From an uncultured virus (IMG/VR IMGVR_UViG_3300043029_000019) (Duplodnaviria > Heunggongvirae > Uroviricota > Caudoviricetes), in the IMG/VR virus record IMGVR_UViG_3300043029_000019: a DNA stretch of 64,000 nucleotides. One strand, 5' to 3'. This document shows positions 8,001 through 17,582 of the stretch, in pieces. The stretch's first letter is position 1; every line of letters starts with the position of its first letter. Below the pieces are notes generated by a model. That model searched no databases, was not told the origin of the DNA, and was given only the letters and a program-made list of their open reading frames with translations. The translations under genes were made by a program, and so were the position numbers.

Positions 8001-11000
8001 TACATTCGGAAGCTTCACATCGCCGAACAGCCGCTTAACGCTGGACCTATCAATGCCGCCGCGTTCCACAAGCATGGTCATGGCCTTATAGACCGGCACT
8101 TCTTCAACTTCCGCCTTCGCCTGTTTGCGCCATTCCTTCAGTCGCTCGTCGAGTTTTGCGGTGCGCTGCTTGTCCTTCTTTTCTGCCGCTTCGGATTCGG
8201 ACCCGTCAACGGTTTTTTTGTACTCCGCGACCTCTTCCGGCGTCGCTCCGGCTTCCTTTAAAAACGCTTCATCAAAAACGGCGATTTGCGCGGCCATTTC
8301 TCGCGCCTGCTTGATTTCCTCGTCGGTGGCCACGAGCCTATCGAATACGCGCCTAATATCGTCGTTGATCTCCACCTGCAAGGCATCGGCGGTCTTGTAG
8401 ATGTTTACCAGCCAGCGTTTGAACTGCCGGAAAGCGCCTATAAGACCTGTGGCCGGGGCTTCCCCTTCGCGTAAGTAAGCCTCAAAACCACGGGCGAATT
8501 GCTCGTGCTGTTCCGTGGTCAGCTCACCGTCAACGCCGAGCCATTCCTTAATGGCTTTCCACTCTTCGACCTGCACGCCGTAGGTTTCGGCTACGTGCTG
8601 CAAGTCGCTTAAAAAGAAATGACCAAGTTCATGCAGAAAGGTGGACAGGTTTGCGCTCTCGAAAAGCGTGATAAGCGTTTTCCCGTCGCCGGTAAGTATT
8701 GCACCACGGGGGGCGGTGTCGGTGCGGAAGAACGTACCTTGTCCTCCACCCTGATAAAGATGGTCTTCTCCAACCTTCTCGGCGACGGAGTTATCAAAAA
8801 GCATAGCCCCGTTGCTGGTCTTTATCCCAACTATCTCGTTCGGCTCTATGACGTTTTCATAAATCCATTCATCAAATTGGCCGCGATTCCAGTCCCACAT
8901 ATCGGCACTGTCAACAATATCGGCAGGGTCCAGTGCCGCGACAAAATCATCAACGCTTAACTCTTCGACGGAAGCCGGGAGCCTGCCTTTCTCTTCATCC
9001 GCAAGATAAGCATCGCGTGCGAGTTCTTGGAACTCCGCAACCGGCATCAGCCTACTTATGGGTACGCGCCACGCAGTATCGCCAAAATGCGAGATAGCGT
9101 CCTGGTCATCGGCCCACTGCGACCATTCATCTTCGTTCAGGGTTTCGCCCTTGAATCGGTAGACATATTCTTTTTTGCTTTGCTGAAACTGCACCTGCCC
9201 CAACTGGTGAAGCTCGGCAAACTCGTCAAAATTCTGCCGCTGAATGGTGATGCCGAATCGTTTTAGATGTTCCGCCGCTTCAATTCCGGTCAGCTTCGCC
9301 AAGACGTTGGCGCGGGCGATGATCGGCATAATGCTGTACGAGGCGTTGTCACCCTTCACCCCTGCGTCTTCTAGCTGGGCCTTAAGGTCGGCTTCAATTT
9401 GATCTACCATGTCAGGAGAAATTAGACGCCGTTGCTCTTCATCGTACAGCTCTTTAATCCGGACGTTCGCGGCACTTTCGGCTTGCACATCGGCCTCGGC
9501 TGCGTTAACCGTGGTTTCCTCTGCGCTGATACTCAGATCGTTCTGGAATAACGTCATGGCTTGGTCGGTACCGACGCCCGCAGCAACCTTCCCGAAGTCC
9601 ATTTCTACTGCGCCACCGGTTTGTAACGCCGTGATAAGCTCGGTTCGGCTTACACCATACTGCTCCGCCCATGTCGTTACTTCCTGCTGAGTCATGCCCT
9701 GTTCATCGACCAGCGTTTCAATGATGCGGTCTGATTGAAGATATATCTTCTCCACGCCGTTTTTCCGCCCAACGCGGCTCATGAATTCGGCAAACGCTTC
9801 TGGCGACCGCTCCTTCAACCGCGACGCCTCGGCGGATGAGGCAACATCAACCATCTTGTTTTTCCGAACCTCCGCTTCCGTCTTGGCTTTGTGAGCGGCT
9901 TGGATGTCTCCGGCAAGGGTAACGCCACCTCCAGCCATGCCGAGCACCGCCATGCCTTTCCCGACCTTTGCGGCCACCTGTTGCAACTGCTCCATAGTCG
10001 CGGGGTCTTTGATCGTCTGCACAATGCCCTGGTCCTGCAACACCCCGCTGACGACAATGTTAGTCAATTCCTGCGCCATTTCGGTCGTAACTTCGCCGGT
10101 CCACGCCATTGCGTAGTTTTTGGCGAAATCGAAAAACGCTTTGCGAATTGTCGGGTTGGAAAGCACCAAGCCCTTAACGCCGTTCGACATAACTTTTCGC
10201 AACCCAGGAATGACTTTCGCCAGAGCCGAAAAGCCGACCGTTTCTAGGGTGGCGTTGGCGACACCGACAAGCTCGGCGGCTACGGCGGCTGTTTTGTCGT
10301 CTATCTGGTTGCCTTCGCCGTCCTGCAAGGTGCGAAACTCGCGGAACGCCTGCCCCGCTTCCACGTCGTGCGCATGCTCGAAATACCCAACGCGGAGACC
10401 TATCCCAGCACCAGCCAAGGCCCCGGCAGGGGCGGTAATCGGTGCGGCAATCTCTCCGGTAGGTGTTGCGGCCACAGCTCCGGCACCGGCACCTGTTATA
10501 GCACCGGTCAAGCCGCGTTCCATAACTTTAGGCGACTTCATCGACTCGAACATTTGGCCGACAAGCTCAGACGCTGCCGGGATGAATGATGACAGGCCCG
10601 TATCTGTGGTCTCATAATTGCTGGCCGCGTCGAGCTTGGCGAGGTATTCAAGCTGATCGGGAGGTAAGTCTTTGCCCTGCAATATGAGCCGCCGCCGTTG
10701 TTCCCACAGCACCCCGCCCCGGTCCATTGCTTGTCCGGAAATGAATTCGCGGTATGTGTCGGTGCCCTTGACGAAACCAGGAACGAGAGACGAAGAAAGC
10801 CCCTCAATGTTCTTCACGGCCTCCGCGTTTACAGCTTCCTGCTGCTGCTTTTTCAAAGCGGATGTCTTTTCCTCAATGGTGGCGAGGTTCTCAAGATCGT
10901 CCTGTGCCAGCGACATGAACCATGCATCTCTCGTCTGCCCTACAAGCACGGGGGCGCGATCCCGCAACTTGTCGAAATCAGGCATATTTGCCGCCCTGCG

Positions 11001-11195
11001 AGCAACGTCAAGGTTGTCCTTGACAGCTTTTTGAGACACCCCTAGCTTAGATGATAAATTGTAAAGCTCTGCCGCCTCATCGGGGCTACGGTCGGCCTGC
11101 TTATACGCCTGTTGCGGGGTTGGCGGCTTTTCGACCGTTTCCCAATTTTCGTGCTTCTTCTCGGACCATGTGCCGTCTGCGCGCAAAATTTCCAT
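5064..11195 (-). CDS. Large internal virion (ejection) polyvalent protein, 2043 aa
   Basis: Position after tail tube genes; zincin-like STFLHELGHFF...HEQFARGFEAYLREG. Confidence 0.8.
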   Translation of the reverse strand: MEILRADGTWSEKKHENWETVEKPPTPQQAYKQADRSPDEAAELYNLSSKLGVSQKAVKDNLDVARRAANMPDFDKLRDRAPVLVGQTRDAWFMSLAQDDLENLATIEEKTSALKKQQQEAVNAEAVKNIEGLSSSLVPGFVKGTDTYREFISGQAMDRGGVLWEQRRRLILQGKDLPPDQLEYLAKLDAASNYETTDTGLSSFIPAASELVGQMFESMKSPKVMERGLTGAITGAGAGAVAATPTGEIAAPITAPAGALAGAGIGLRVGYFEHAHDVEAGQAFREFRTLQDGEGNQIDDKTAAVAAELVGVANATLETVGFSALAKVIPGLRKVMSNGVKGLVLSNPTIRKAFFDFAKNYAMAWTGEVTTEMAQELTNIVVSGVLQDQGIVQTIKDPATMEQLQQVAAKVGKGMAVLGMAGGGVTLAGDIQAAHKAKTEAEVRKNKMVDVASSAEASRLKERSPEAFAEFMSRVGRKNGVEKIYLQSDRIIETLVDEQGMTQQEVTTWAEQYGVSRTELITALQTGGAVEMDFGKVAAGVGTDQAMTLFQNDLSISAEETTVNAAEADVQAESAANVRIKELYDEEQRRLISPDMVDQIEADLKAQLEDAGVKGDNASYSIMPIIARANVLAKLTGIEAAEHLKRFGITIQRQNFDEFAELHQLGQVQFQQSKKEYVYRFKGETLNEDEWSQWADDQDAISHFGDTAWRVPISRLMPVAEFQELARDAYLADEEKGRLPASVEELSVDDFVAALDPADIVDSADMWDWNRGQFDEWIYENVIEPNEIVGIKTSNGAMLFDNSVAEKVGEDHLYQGGGQGTFFRTDTAPRGAILTGDGKTLITLFESANLSTFLHELGHFFLSDLQHVAETYGVQVEEWKAIKEWLGVDGELTTEQHEQFARGFEAYLREGEAPATGLIGAFRQFKRWLVNIYKTADALQVEINDDIRRVFDRLVATDEEIKQAREMAAQIAVFDEAFLKEAGATPEEVAEYKKTVDGSESEAAEKKDKQRTAKLDERLKEWRKQAKAEVEEVPVYKAMTMLVERGGIDRSSVKRLFGDVKLPNVKGLFKKDGLDIEHAAIEAGYESAREFVKELSKSKTKTQWIEQRVAQLDIEHDAELTTEEAIRTAKARKQMELESKWLARKEAQGRAALTRKALRVWADQTTGGQKVGDAIKVNKLLVASRRLRQQVIKAVKAQDWTKAFDLNEKARLNESLIAAHYRANEAYRKTQARWKRAVKADVAYEYRQQINQLLLRNQMVSRRLNVDEGTPQLGEFLSGITGNLDDITALGVPVFSDWLHNDTRATSEMTWGEIQELDDLLKFLVGRGREVKKALLSDEKTAIADLAAEAVQEAAKMKGKKLAKHDSLRRKLQDVKESYFAGLRIPLWLFRQMDGWANISKKGKAGVNERKLWTPLAKGLDNFYAATEEMGGKITPHLEQLITSWKEHGKEVDTTVPVPDCFKPDNRHWTFEHIIMVALNMGNADNLQRLSAGFTVDGTPMTVEQFAELTSILSEKDWAAVQGIWDSINDLYPQVDKVHLKLNHFRLKKVDAKPITVQTKDGVAVELRGGYFPIRYDGSLSLLAGMWDEMSDLSSRQEAVLQTPSAKSGFTKQRTATGSKLPIKLSMSVLSEHLSDTLRYIHLAPTVRDVDRVTQNKTYQAEAIRVLGPELYKMVRPSLKHMIRPDGMVGTRWEKTIQWAMKRSSAFYMGWNIVTAMKNFGGFFQAQARVGLPTMLRGYGQFIKGPKEAFDNIMKLSPYMRSRYMAYDNDFRRQMMKFKPEKKFFGMSRGDIMAVGYAGIVAADSVSFLPTWLGSYRDGLDKFDGDVEQAVDYADTKIKEIQPSGNALDLSHLQRSTEGLSAIGRLFTPFFGFAGNFGNLQRATWGAWRAGKMSLHEFLFHNFLTGVAQPLVPIIFLAMLRTGEPPEPEEIAKEVIGSSVQGLPIVRDLVEYAMGRGYGDIVSTPALELVNIVGRTGRSTANLLTDPTADDARKVMFGLAEAASFASGVPVSQVYRRMKKGYDQIEEGNGTAANIFLPKRKGE

Positions 11196-11202
11196 TTTTT
11201 TA

Positions 11203-11230
11203 TTGCCTGCCGCCGTGATGGTGGTATATT
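11203..11230 (+). promoter_or_regulatory. Promoter of the IS-interrupted moron gene
   Basis: TTGCCT-N16-TATATT with extended -10 TG. Confidence 0.45.
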
Positions 11231-11275
11231 TTAAAAACAGTTATTAACAAACAGCTATAAAGGAGGTTTTATGAG

Positions 11276-11440
11276 ATGGGCCTGTCTGATTTTGACCTCC
11301 TCCCCTCCCTAAAGGAAGGGGATTCCCGGCATCGCTGTCGGGAGTTTTCTGCTTCAATGAGAGTTGCCAATGTCTCAAACAGACACCGGGCTTACACTCT
11401 CTCCACAGACTGTTGCGGCAAGCCCTGCCGCCAATATGTT
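11276..11440 (-). ncRNA. Predicted omegaRNA of TnpB; guide AATCAGACAGGCCCAT (ends approximate)
   Basis: Overlaps tnpB 3' end and right end; the guide is the flank after GTCAA, by the known IS605 TnpB rule. Confidence 0.7.
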
Positions 11441-12639
11441 CCTGGCCGCGTTTATATCGCGGTCATGGTTGGTTTCGCACTCCGGACACGTCCACTGTCT
11501 TTTGGAAAGAGGCATGGAGGTTTCTACGTGGCCGCAGTTCGAGCAGCGCTTGCTCGATGGATACCATCTGTCGATACCTATCAGATCGCGCCCATACCAC
11601 AGGGCTTTGTACTCAAGCTGTCTTAGAAATTCCGACCAGCTTGCGTCTGAAATGGATTTGGACAGATGGCGGTTTTTCTGCATGTTCTTCACCGACAGTG
11701 TTTCAACCGCGATAGCTTGGTTCTCGCGTATCAGCCTGGTTGAAAGTTTATGCAGAAAATCCCTGCGCGTGTCTGCGATCTTTGCATGTAAACGCGCTAC
11801 GTTCTTACGTGCCTTGGCGCGGTTGTTTGAACCTTTTTGTTTCTTGCTCAGGCGGCGCTGCAAAACACCCAGGCGCTTTTCGTATTTGCGCAGGGTCCTG
11901 GGTGCTGCGACCTTTTCACCGTTCGACAGCACCGCAAAATGGCTCAAACCAAGGTCAATACCGACCTTGTTATCTGCAGCAGGTTTTGCTGCTACGCAGT
12001 CATCGCACAGAAGCGATACAAAGTACCTGCCTGCAGGGTCTTTAGAAACAGTGCAGGTTGTCACCTTGGCCGCTTTGGGGATGGTACGTGACCAGCGGAT
12101 GTTTAGCGGTTCCTTCATCTTTGCCAGAAAAAGCGCCTTCCCGTCCCAGCGGAACGCGCTGGCAGCGTAGGTTGCGGACTGCCTACCATGCTTGGACTTG
12201 AAGGATGGATACTGCGCTCTTTTAGCAAAGAAGTTGTTAAATGCTGTGTGCAGATGCCGCAACGCCTGTTGGATCGGAACAGATGAAACGTCACCGAGCC
12301 ATGCGTACTGCGGATCTTTCTTGAGTGCAGTGAGTAAAGAGGATGTTTCGTGATATCCGATACGCTCCTGGCGCTTAAACCATGCGTCAGTGCGCACGCG
12401 CAGCATGTAGTTATATACAAAGCGAGCACACCCGAACGTCTGTGCAAGAACCTTCTCTTGCTCAGGCGTTGGGTAGAATCGAAACTTATATGCTCGCTTG
12501 ATATCCATGGTTTACATAGTATGATATTTATGCGTAAAATACAAGTGGTTGCTTGCGCAAACCCGAAAAACCATGACTGCATTCGCAGTCAGCGCCTTAT
12601 ATCCCGGCCCTGAAGGACCGGGTTTTACGGCGCGTGTCG
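11292..12639 (-). mobile_element. IS200/IS605-family element, tnpB only (IS1341-type), TAM TTTAT
   Basis: Left-end hairpin CCCGGTCCTTCAGGGCCGGG after TTTAT; right-end hairpin ending GTCAA; no target duplication; no tnpA. Confidence 0.92.
11375..12508 (-). CDS. tnpB: RNA-guided endonuclease TnpB
   Basis: KRAYKFRFYP, GIDLG (RuvC-I), AVETL (RuvC-II), CSNC/CPEC zinc finger, HDRDINAARNI (RuvC-III). Confidence 0.97.
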   Translation of the reverse strand: MDIKRAYKFRFYPTPEQEKVLAQTFGCARFVYNYMLRVRTDAWFKRQERIGYHETSSLLTALKKDPQYAWLGDVSSVPIQQALRHLHTAFNNFFAKRAQYPSFKSKHGRQSATYAASAFRWDGKALFLAKMKEPLNIRWSRTIPKAAKVTTCTVSKDPAGRYFVSLLCDDCVAAKPAADNKVGIDLGLSHFAVLSNGEKVAAPRTLRKYEKRLGVLQRRLSKKQKGSNNRAKARKNVARLHAKIADTRRDFLHKLSTRLIRENQAIAVETLSVKNMQKNRHLSKSISDASWSEFLRQLEYKALWYGRDLIGIDRWYPSSKRCSNCGHVETSMPLSKRQWTCPECETNHDRDINAARNILAAGLAATVCGESVSPVSV

Positions 12640-12848
12640 ATAAACGCCGTGCTATTTGTTTTCCCAATTAGCCTTATCATCCACGGGAAAGATATAGATT
12701 TGGCCTTCGCGGTAGCTGCTCTCATCATTGGCAACACCATGGCACTGACGGAGTTTGACCCTGTGGTGCCACTTAAGTGCGTGCGGCTTTACTTCCATCG
12801 TAAAAAACTTGAAGAGGAGGCTAGAATTGCCGAACTCAAAAAAACATC

Positions 12849-14570
12849 CTAACGGGCTTTCTCGCGCATCTTCTGCCCATCAACGGTCATATAGTAATGG
12901 TACCCACCGCGCCGCCCAAGATAAAAGGCGCTCTGGTCTTCGTCCCAAATGGCATCCGGCCATTCCCCGGCTTTACGGATTTTACTTACTTCGCGTTGGA
13001 TGTATGTTTGGCGCTGTTCACGCTTATACCTAGCCTTGTCTGCTTCTGGCGTTGTCTTGATAACCGCCTGCTCGCCTGCCGTGTAGTCTTCTAAGTCAAG
13101 CGTCCCAAAATCCCACGTTGCTTTTTCTACGTCTGGCTGTGCGAGCTCAGTGCCCATTTTCACGATTTCGTTATATGACGGGTTGCGCTTGTGGACGCTA
13201 CGGAATTCTAAAACGTCCTGATACAAGACCTTCATAAACCGCGCCTTGTCCTGGTCGTCTTTGAATATATCGCGAAGATCTCCCTTCAGTGTTTCCACCG
13301 CCTTACCTAGGCTCGGAACATCGCGCACGATCTCCACTTCGGCCATAAGGCTTTTAGCGTCGGATGGGTCAAGTTGCCCATCGTTCGCCGCTCGCATTAA
13401 ATCAAGCTCTTGCCATTCGCCAGCCAATACTTTCTCGTAAGCAGAAAACCAGAGGTTAAGCCGGTCGACCTTATCTGCGCCTTTACCGCTGGCTGAACGT
13501 TTAAGCCAGCTTTTCACCTGAAGCTTTTGGTTCGGATCGAGCCCCACGTCTCTATCAATAGCTGCAATAGATATATTTTCACCGGCGTTGAAGATGCGGT
13601 TGTAATACTGTTCCAGCCGTTCGAACTGTTTTTCATTGTCGATTTTATCCTGCACTGCGTGTTTGTGCGTCAGGTTTGAAACAACCGCGCCCCTTACCTC
13701 GTCGTCTTTAATGTCTTGGGCCAGCTCAAGTTGCAATGCTGGCGTTTCGGCCATAGATTCAATGCGGTCGGTTTCCTTGTCGGCCTCAAACGGAACACGC
13801 TCCTTTTCGGCCAATTCCGTAAGCGCCACAAGGTCAGAGGGGGCAAGAATTTTCTTCACCTTGTCGTCCGCTAAAAGCTCCATGGCTCGGGTTGGATCCT
13901 CGTGCAACAAGGTGTTTAGTGCCGTCTTGGTGATTTCCGCTGCTGCGGACCGCTTGCCGCTTTTTACCGCTCGGGCGTCCCCGGTCGGTCCGACGATGAA
14001 CTCTATCTGCTCATCCATATTTGCAATAGCAGTGTTGATTTCTTCTATCCCACCGCCTGCCTGCAAGTCGGAAGCAAGTTGTTTTTCTGCAACATCCTGC
14101 GTGTCTTGCAGGGTCTGTCTGCGCCATTCCTGAATTTGCGTAGATTCCCAAGCCGCGAAGTTGCGCCGGTATGAGTTCTCTACATATCCAAGGTGCTCAA
14201 TGGCCTTGTCGCGGTATCTCTTATTGACACCGTGCTTTGATAACAGCTCGTCTTTCCACTTGCGCGAGTTGTCGTTATAGTTCTGATAGACCCCTTTAAA
14301 TCCGGTCTGCTCGTTCGCAAGTGCGGCCTGTCCTTGACGTTCCTGTTTAGTCTTTTCCCACTCTTCAAGGGATCTCTGCTGGAACTCGTTTTTTGCCGCG
14401 AGGATGGCCGTGCGCTGTTCGCGTTCTTCCTTCTGCTGCGCGAACTGCATCAACGTGTTGCCGAAGCTTTCCACGGTTCCGGCGACGGCTTCCCCTGCGT
14501 CGTTCCGCTTGTATGCGCCCACCGAAGAAGGAAGGGCGACGCTGCTTTCATAGGTTGGTATTCTAGGCAC
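12849..14570 (-). CDS. Internal virion protein
   Basis: MPRIPTY N-terminus, helical composition, synteny. Confidence 0.75.
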   Translation of the reverse strand: MPRIPTYESSVALPSSVGAYKRNDAGEAVAGTVESFGNTLMQFAQQKEEREQRTAILAAKNEFQQRSLEEWEKTKQERQGQAALANEQTGFKGVYQNYNDNSRKWKDELLSKHGVNKRYRDKAIEHLGYVENSYRRNFAAWESTQIQEWRRQTLQDTQDVAEKQLASDLQAGGGIEEINTAIANMDEQIEFIVGPTGDARAVKSGKRSAAAEITKTALNTLLHEDPTRAMELLADDKVKKILAPSDLVALTELAEKERVPFEADKETDRIESMAETPALQLELAQDIKDDEVRGAVVSNLTHKHAVQDKIDNEKQFERLEQYYNRIFNAGENISIAAIDRDVGLDPNQKLQVKSWLKRSASGKGADKVDRLNLWFSAYEKVLAGEWQELDLMRAANDGQLDPSDAKSLMAEVEIVRDVPSLGKAVETLKGDLRDIFKDDQDKARFMKVLYQDVLEFRSVHKRNPSYNEIVKMGTELAQPDVEKATWDFGTLDLEDYTAGEQAVIKTTPEADKARYKREQRQTYIQREVSKIRKAGEWPDAIWDEDQSAFYLGRRGGYHYYMTVDGQKMREKAR

Positions 14571-14572
14571 GA

Positions 14573-15010
14573 TTACGCCTCCTGCTGATAGGCATTATAG
14601 GACAGCACAGAAGACCCGACCTCCCCGACCGTTGAAACAACCGCTCCGGTAGCCTTGCTGCTGTAGTTCCGCGCCGCTACCTTGGCCTTGTTCGCCTGCG
14701 CCTCGCCTCCAACCATAATGGCCGTCATGTCTTCTGCCGATTCCTGCAAAGTCGAAGCAAACACGTCCTGCACACTGCCAGACATAAGAGAAACGCCAGC
14801 CTTAGCGTATCCTACACGCTGCTTGCCCATCAGCTTTTGCGTGCGCTCAAATTGCCGTCTTGCCTCAACCGCCGCTTTCTTGCGCTGGTACTCGGCTTCG
14901 TTCTCGGCTACTTTTTCGTTGAATTTGGCCGTTTGATAAGAGGTGTAGCCGCCGTAAGCCGCAGCCGCCACGGTTACAGCCAATGCCGTCGCCGCAAGTC
15001 CCATTACCAA
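14573..15010 (-). CDS. Small internal virion protein
   Basis: Ala/Gly-rich, GKQRVGYAKAGV...GS motif, synteny. Confidence 0.75.
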   Translation of the reverse strand: MVMGLAATALAVTVAAAAYGGYTSYQTAKFNEKVAENEAEYQRKKAAVEARRQFERTQKLMGKQRVGYAKAGVSLMSGSVQDVFASTLQESAEDMTAIMVGGEAQANKAKVAARNYSSKATGAVVSTVGEVGSSVLSYNAYQQEA

Positions 15011-15471
15011 ACCTTCCCCAGCATGTAGGCATCAACCTTGTCGACCTCATGCTGTTTCATAATACCCTCAACCTCAAACCCAAGTTTTTGCAACCACTTG
15101 GCACCGTGCGGGTGGTCGGCTCTCACATGGGCCTCAAGCCTGTGCAGCCCTATAGCCTCTTGCGCGGATTCAAGCCCTCGCACACACGCCTTCCAAAACT
15201 CTTTCGGCATGCACTCAACAGCCGTTCCTGTCCATGCGCTGCACTGCGCCACCCCGGGCCACTTCTGCAAAAACACCCATATGGCGACCACTTCGTCCTC
15301 GCACATAAAGCTGTTGATAATGGCGCATTTCTCAAGCTTGCCAAACAGTCTGTGCATGCTCCCGAAGCCGCCATGCAGCCTGACAACCATAGCATCATGC
15401 TCACGCAACTTTGGCAAAAGCTGTTCCAGGTGTTCCATTTCGAACGGCACCACTTTAATCATCGTTGCCAA
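15004..15471 (-). CDS. GNAT-like virion assembly protein (T7 gp13 position)
   Basis: LHRLEAHV...KWLQKLGFEVEG. Confidence 0.7.
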   Translation of the reverse strand: MATMIKVVPFEMEHLEQLLPKLREHDAMVVRLHGGFGSMHRLFGKLEKCAIINSFMCEDEVVAIWVFLQKWPGVAQCSAWTGTAVECMPKEFWKACVRGLESAQEAIGLHRLEAHVRADHPHGAKWLQKLGFEVEGIMKQHEVDKVDAYMLGKVW

Positions 15472-17582
15472 ACCTCATAGTTGACCACCAAGGCGTTTAT
15501 CGTGACGGGCAACGGCATATCACGCCGCAAATAAACGCGCTTGTCACTGCTATAAGCCCCCTCAATAAAGATGGACTTTTCGCCACTAAACGGTTCGGGT
15601 GCTTCTCCGAACGTTATATTTTCGTTGAAAATGATTTCGTCAAGGTTGTTGTAGTCAGGGCCAGCCTTAAGGCCGTAAGAGTCTGACAGCCTAACGGCTA
15701 CATATGGAAGAGATTTTACGCGTCCAATGCTTGCGCCATCGTTCAACGGTTCTTCAATGGGCAGAGTTTCCAAGTCAGACACATAATGCAGCCCAACAGC
15801 CACCTTGCTGGCGGCATAGTCAAGCTCTATCTGCCCGCTAGATACCGTTTTGTTTGATACGATGATGCCATCGGCCAACACGTCAACGTCTTCGCCTTCC
15901 AAATGGTCAAGACCCGTAATGGTTGTCGTGGCAACGCCATCATATAGCACGCCGCAATCGACAAGGTACGCATCGGCAAGATCGTCAGAGTTGAACTCAT
16001 CGGCCATGTATTCGACATACTTCACAGTGCTGCCGTCAATGGTGCGCTCAACGATGAAATACGGGATATCCCTATCTCCTCCGTTGACACAGGTAACGCT
16101 CTTCACGCTCCCTCCGGTCGTGTGCCGGTGCCACCCGACAACCTTGTCGTCCCGCTTGTAGGTCAATGCCATCAGGGTTCCGTCAGAACGCACGCACCAC
16201 ACGATGGAGCTTGACCGCTGGATATCAATATCAACAATGGTATTGCTGCGAAGCAAGTGCTCTGCAAGAAGCGTCAGGTCCGGAGAACGGTAAGAGTCGT
16301 CGTCGTACAAATATGCGAATTCATGCAGGGCTTTACCGTCTCGCGCCACGAACAACACGGCATTGCCAACCTGTAAAGCCTGGATGTTCGCCCCGCCAAC
16401 CGTGGTGTGCCGCCTCGCAAGGATCGCAGACGGCGTAATAGGCTCGTCCTGCCCCCCGCCGTTCATGAGCCATTCGCCGCCCGTGGTGCCGACGGCAAGC
16501 CCACCGCGAGCCGTGGTGAGCCACTTGATTTGGTTGACCTCGTTGGAGAGCGTTTTAAACGAGCACGCGTCCGAGTCCGTCACTTCGGCCTGCACCCTGA
16601 AGCTTGACAGGGCATCGGTTTCTGACAAATCGATATCGCTGTCGTTCGCCACAACAAGACGCGCTTCGTGCAGCGCGCCAACGGCTGGATATCCGGTCGT
16701 GTCGCTGTATTTACCGAGTTTCCATTGGGTGGTTGCCGAGGTCGGGAAACTACCAACCACAACCGTCACAGTGCAGTTCGTTGAGTCGGCAACATCGGTT
16801 ATCTCGCCCCACTTCCATGCAGCCGAGTTGTAAATACGAACCAGCCGCCCGACATCGGTTGACAAAAACCCCTGCCCGTCATTAATGCCGTCTGCGGCGC
16901 TAGCCGTTACCGTAACGCTGCCAGTCCCCGCGGATGCGACTAAGGTTGTCGTGGTGCTGTTTAATGGTAAATACGGACCGTCAAGAAAGACCTCGTTGAC
17001 AAACAACCATTCGGCCTCTCCGTACCGCTCCAACCTTTTGGTTGGATAGTCGGGGTGAAAGAACCACATAACGTCTGCGCTTTGCGTAATATGCAGATCG
17101 AACAGTTCGTCTTCCTGGTACGGGGTTGGGATTTCAAACACATCGCCGCTAAGCGGATACCACCAATCGGTTTCCGTTGAAGGGTTGTAGTTCAGGTTCG
17201 CGTCAGACAGCGAGTAATAATTAACGCCGCTATAAGATACCAAGGCTCCATGAGCATACGTGGTACCGCTATCCCATGCGTCCAAAGTCCCAACGGTCAA
17301 CAGTGATCCGTCACGGCCAAGCCTGATATATTCCGGTCCAATTTCCAGAACATAGGAAATATCAGCAGAATACTCGAACGGCAAAAGCCGCTGTACTTTC
17401 GTAGCATCCTTTACGGGCCACCCGTAAAACGTTCCCGGTCTTGTCGTTGCCCCGCCGTGCGGATGAAGGATGAAGTTTTCAAGACGGGCGAGAGAGTTCT
17501 TGTATTGCGGAAGGTCCACGCGCCCGAATAGTCGTTCGGAGATTTCCCCGCCTGTGAAGGATGTTTGCCAACGCCAGATCAT
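15459..17582 (-). CDS. Tail tubular protein B (nozzle)
   Basis: QTSFTGGEIS...GRVDL...HGGATTRPG, TQSADV, GWHRHTT. Confidence 0.9.
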   Translation of the reverse strand: MIWRWQTSFTGGEISERLFGRVDLPQYKNSLARLENFILHPHGGATTRPGTFYGWPVKDATKVQRLLPFEYSADISYVLEIGPEYIRLGRDGSLLTVGTLDAWDSGTTYAHGALVSYSGVNYYSLSDANLNYNPSTETDWWYPLSGDVFEIPTPYQEDELFDLHITQSADVMWFFHPDYPTKRLERYGEAEWLFVNEVFLDGPYLPLNSTTTTLVASAGTGSVTVTASAADGINDGQGFLSTDVGRLVRIYNSAAWKWGEITDVADSTNCTVTVVVGSFPTSATTQWKLGKYSDTTGYPAVGALHEARLVVANDSDIDLSETDALSSFRVQAEVTDSDACSFKTLSNEVNQIKWLTTARGGLAVGTTGGEWLMNGGGQDEPITPSAILARRHTTVGGANIQALQVGNAVLFVARDGKALHEFAYLYDDDSYRSPDLTLLAEHLLRSNTIVDIDIQRSSSIVWCVRSDGTLMALTYKRDDKVVGWHRHTTGGSVKSVTCVNGGDRDIPYFIVERTIDGSTVKYVEYMADEFNSDDLADAYLVDCGVLYDGVATTTITGLDHLEGEDVDVLADGIIVSNKTVSSGQIELDYAASKVAVGLHYVSDLETLPIEEPLNDGASIGRVKSLPYVAVRLSDSYGLKAGPDYNNLDEIIFNENITFGEAPEPFSGEKSIFIEGAYSSDKRVYLRRDMPLPVTINALVVNYEVWQR

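Larger units (their letters stand above)
11271..12852 (+). pseudogene. 77-aa two-TM membrane protein gene interrupted by the tnpB element
   Basis: Removing 11292-12639 restores MRWACLI|INAVLFVFPISL...ELKKTS in frame; AAGGAGG RBS. Confidence 0.85.

Noticed and set aside
11364..12170. 268-aa plus-strand ORF as tnpA
   Set aside because: Antisense shadow of tnpB; no HUH or catalytic Tyr motif.
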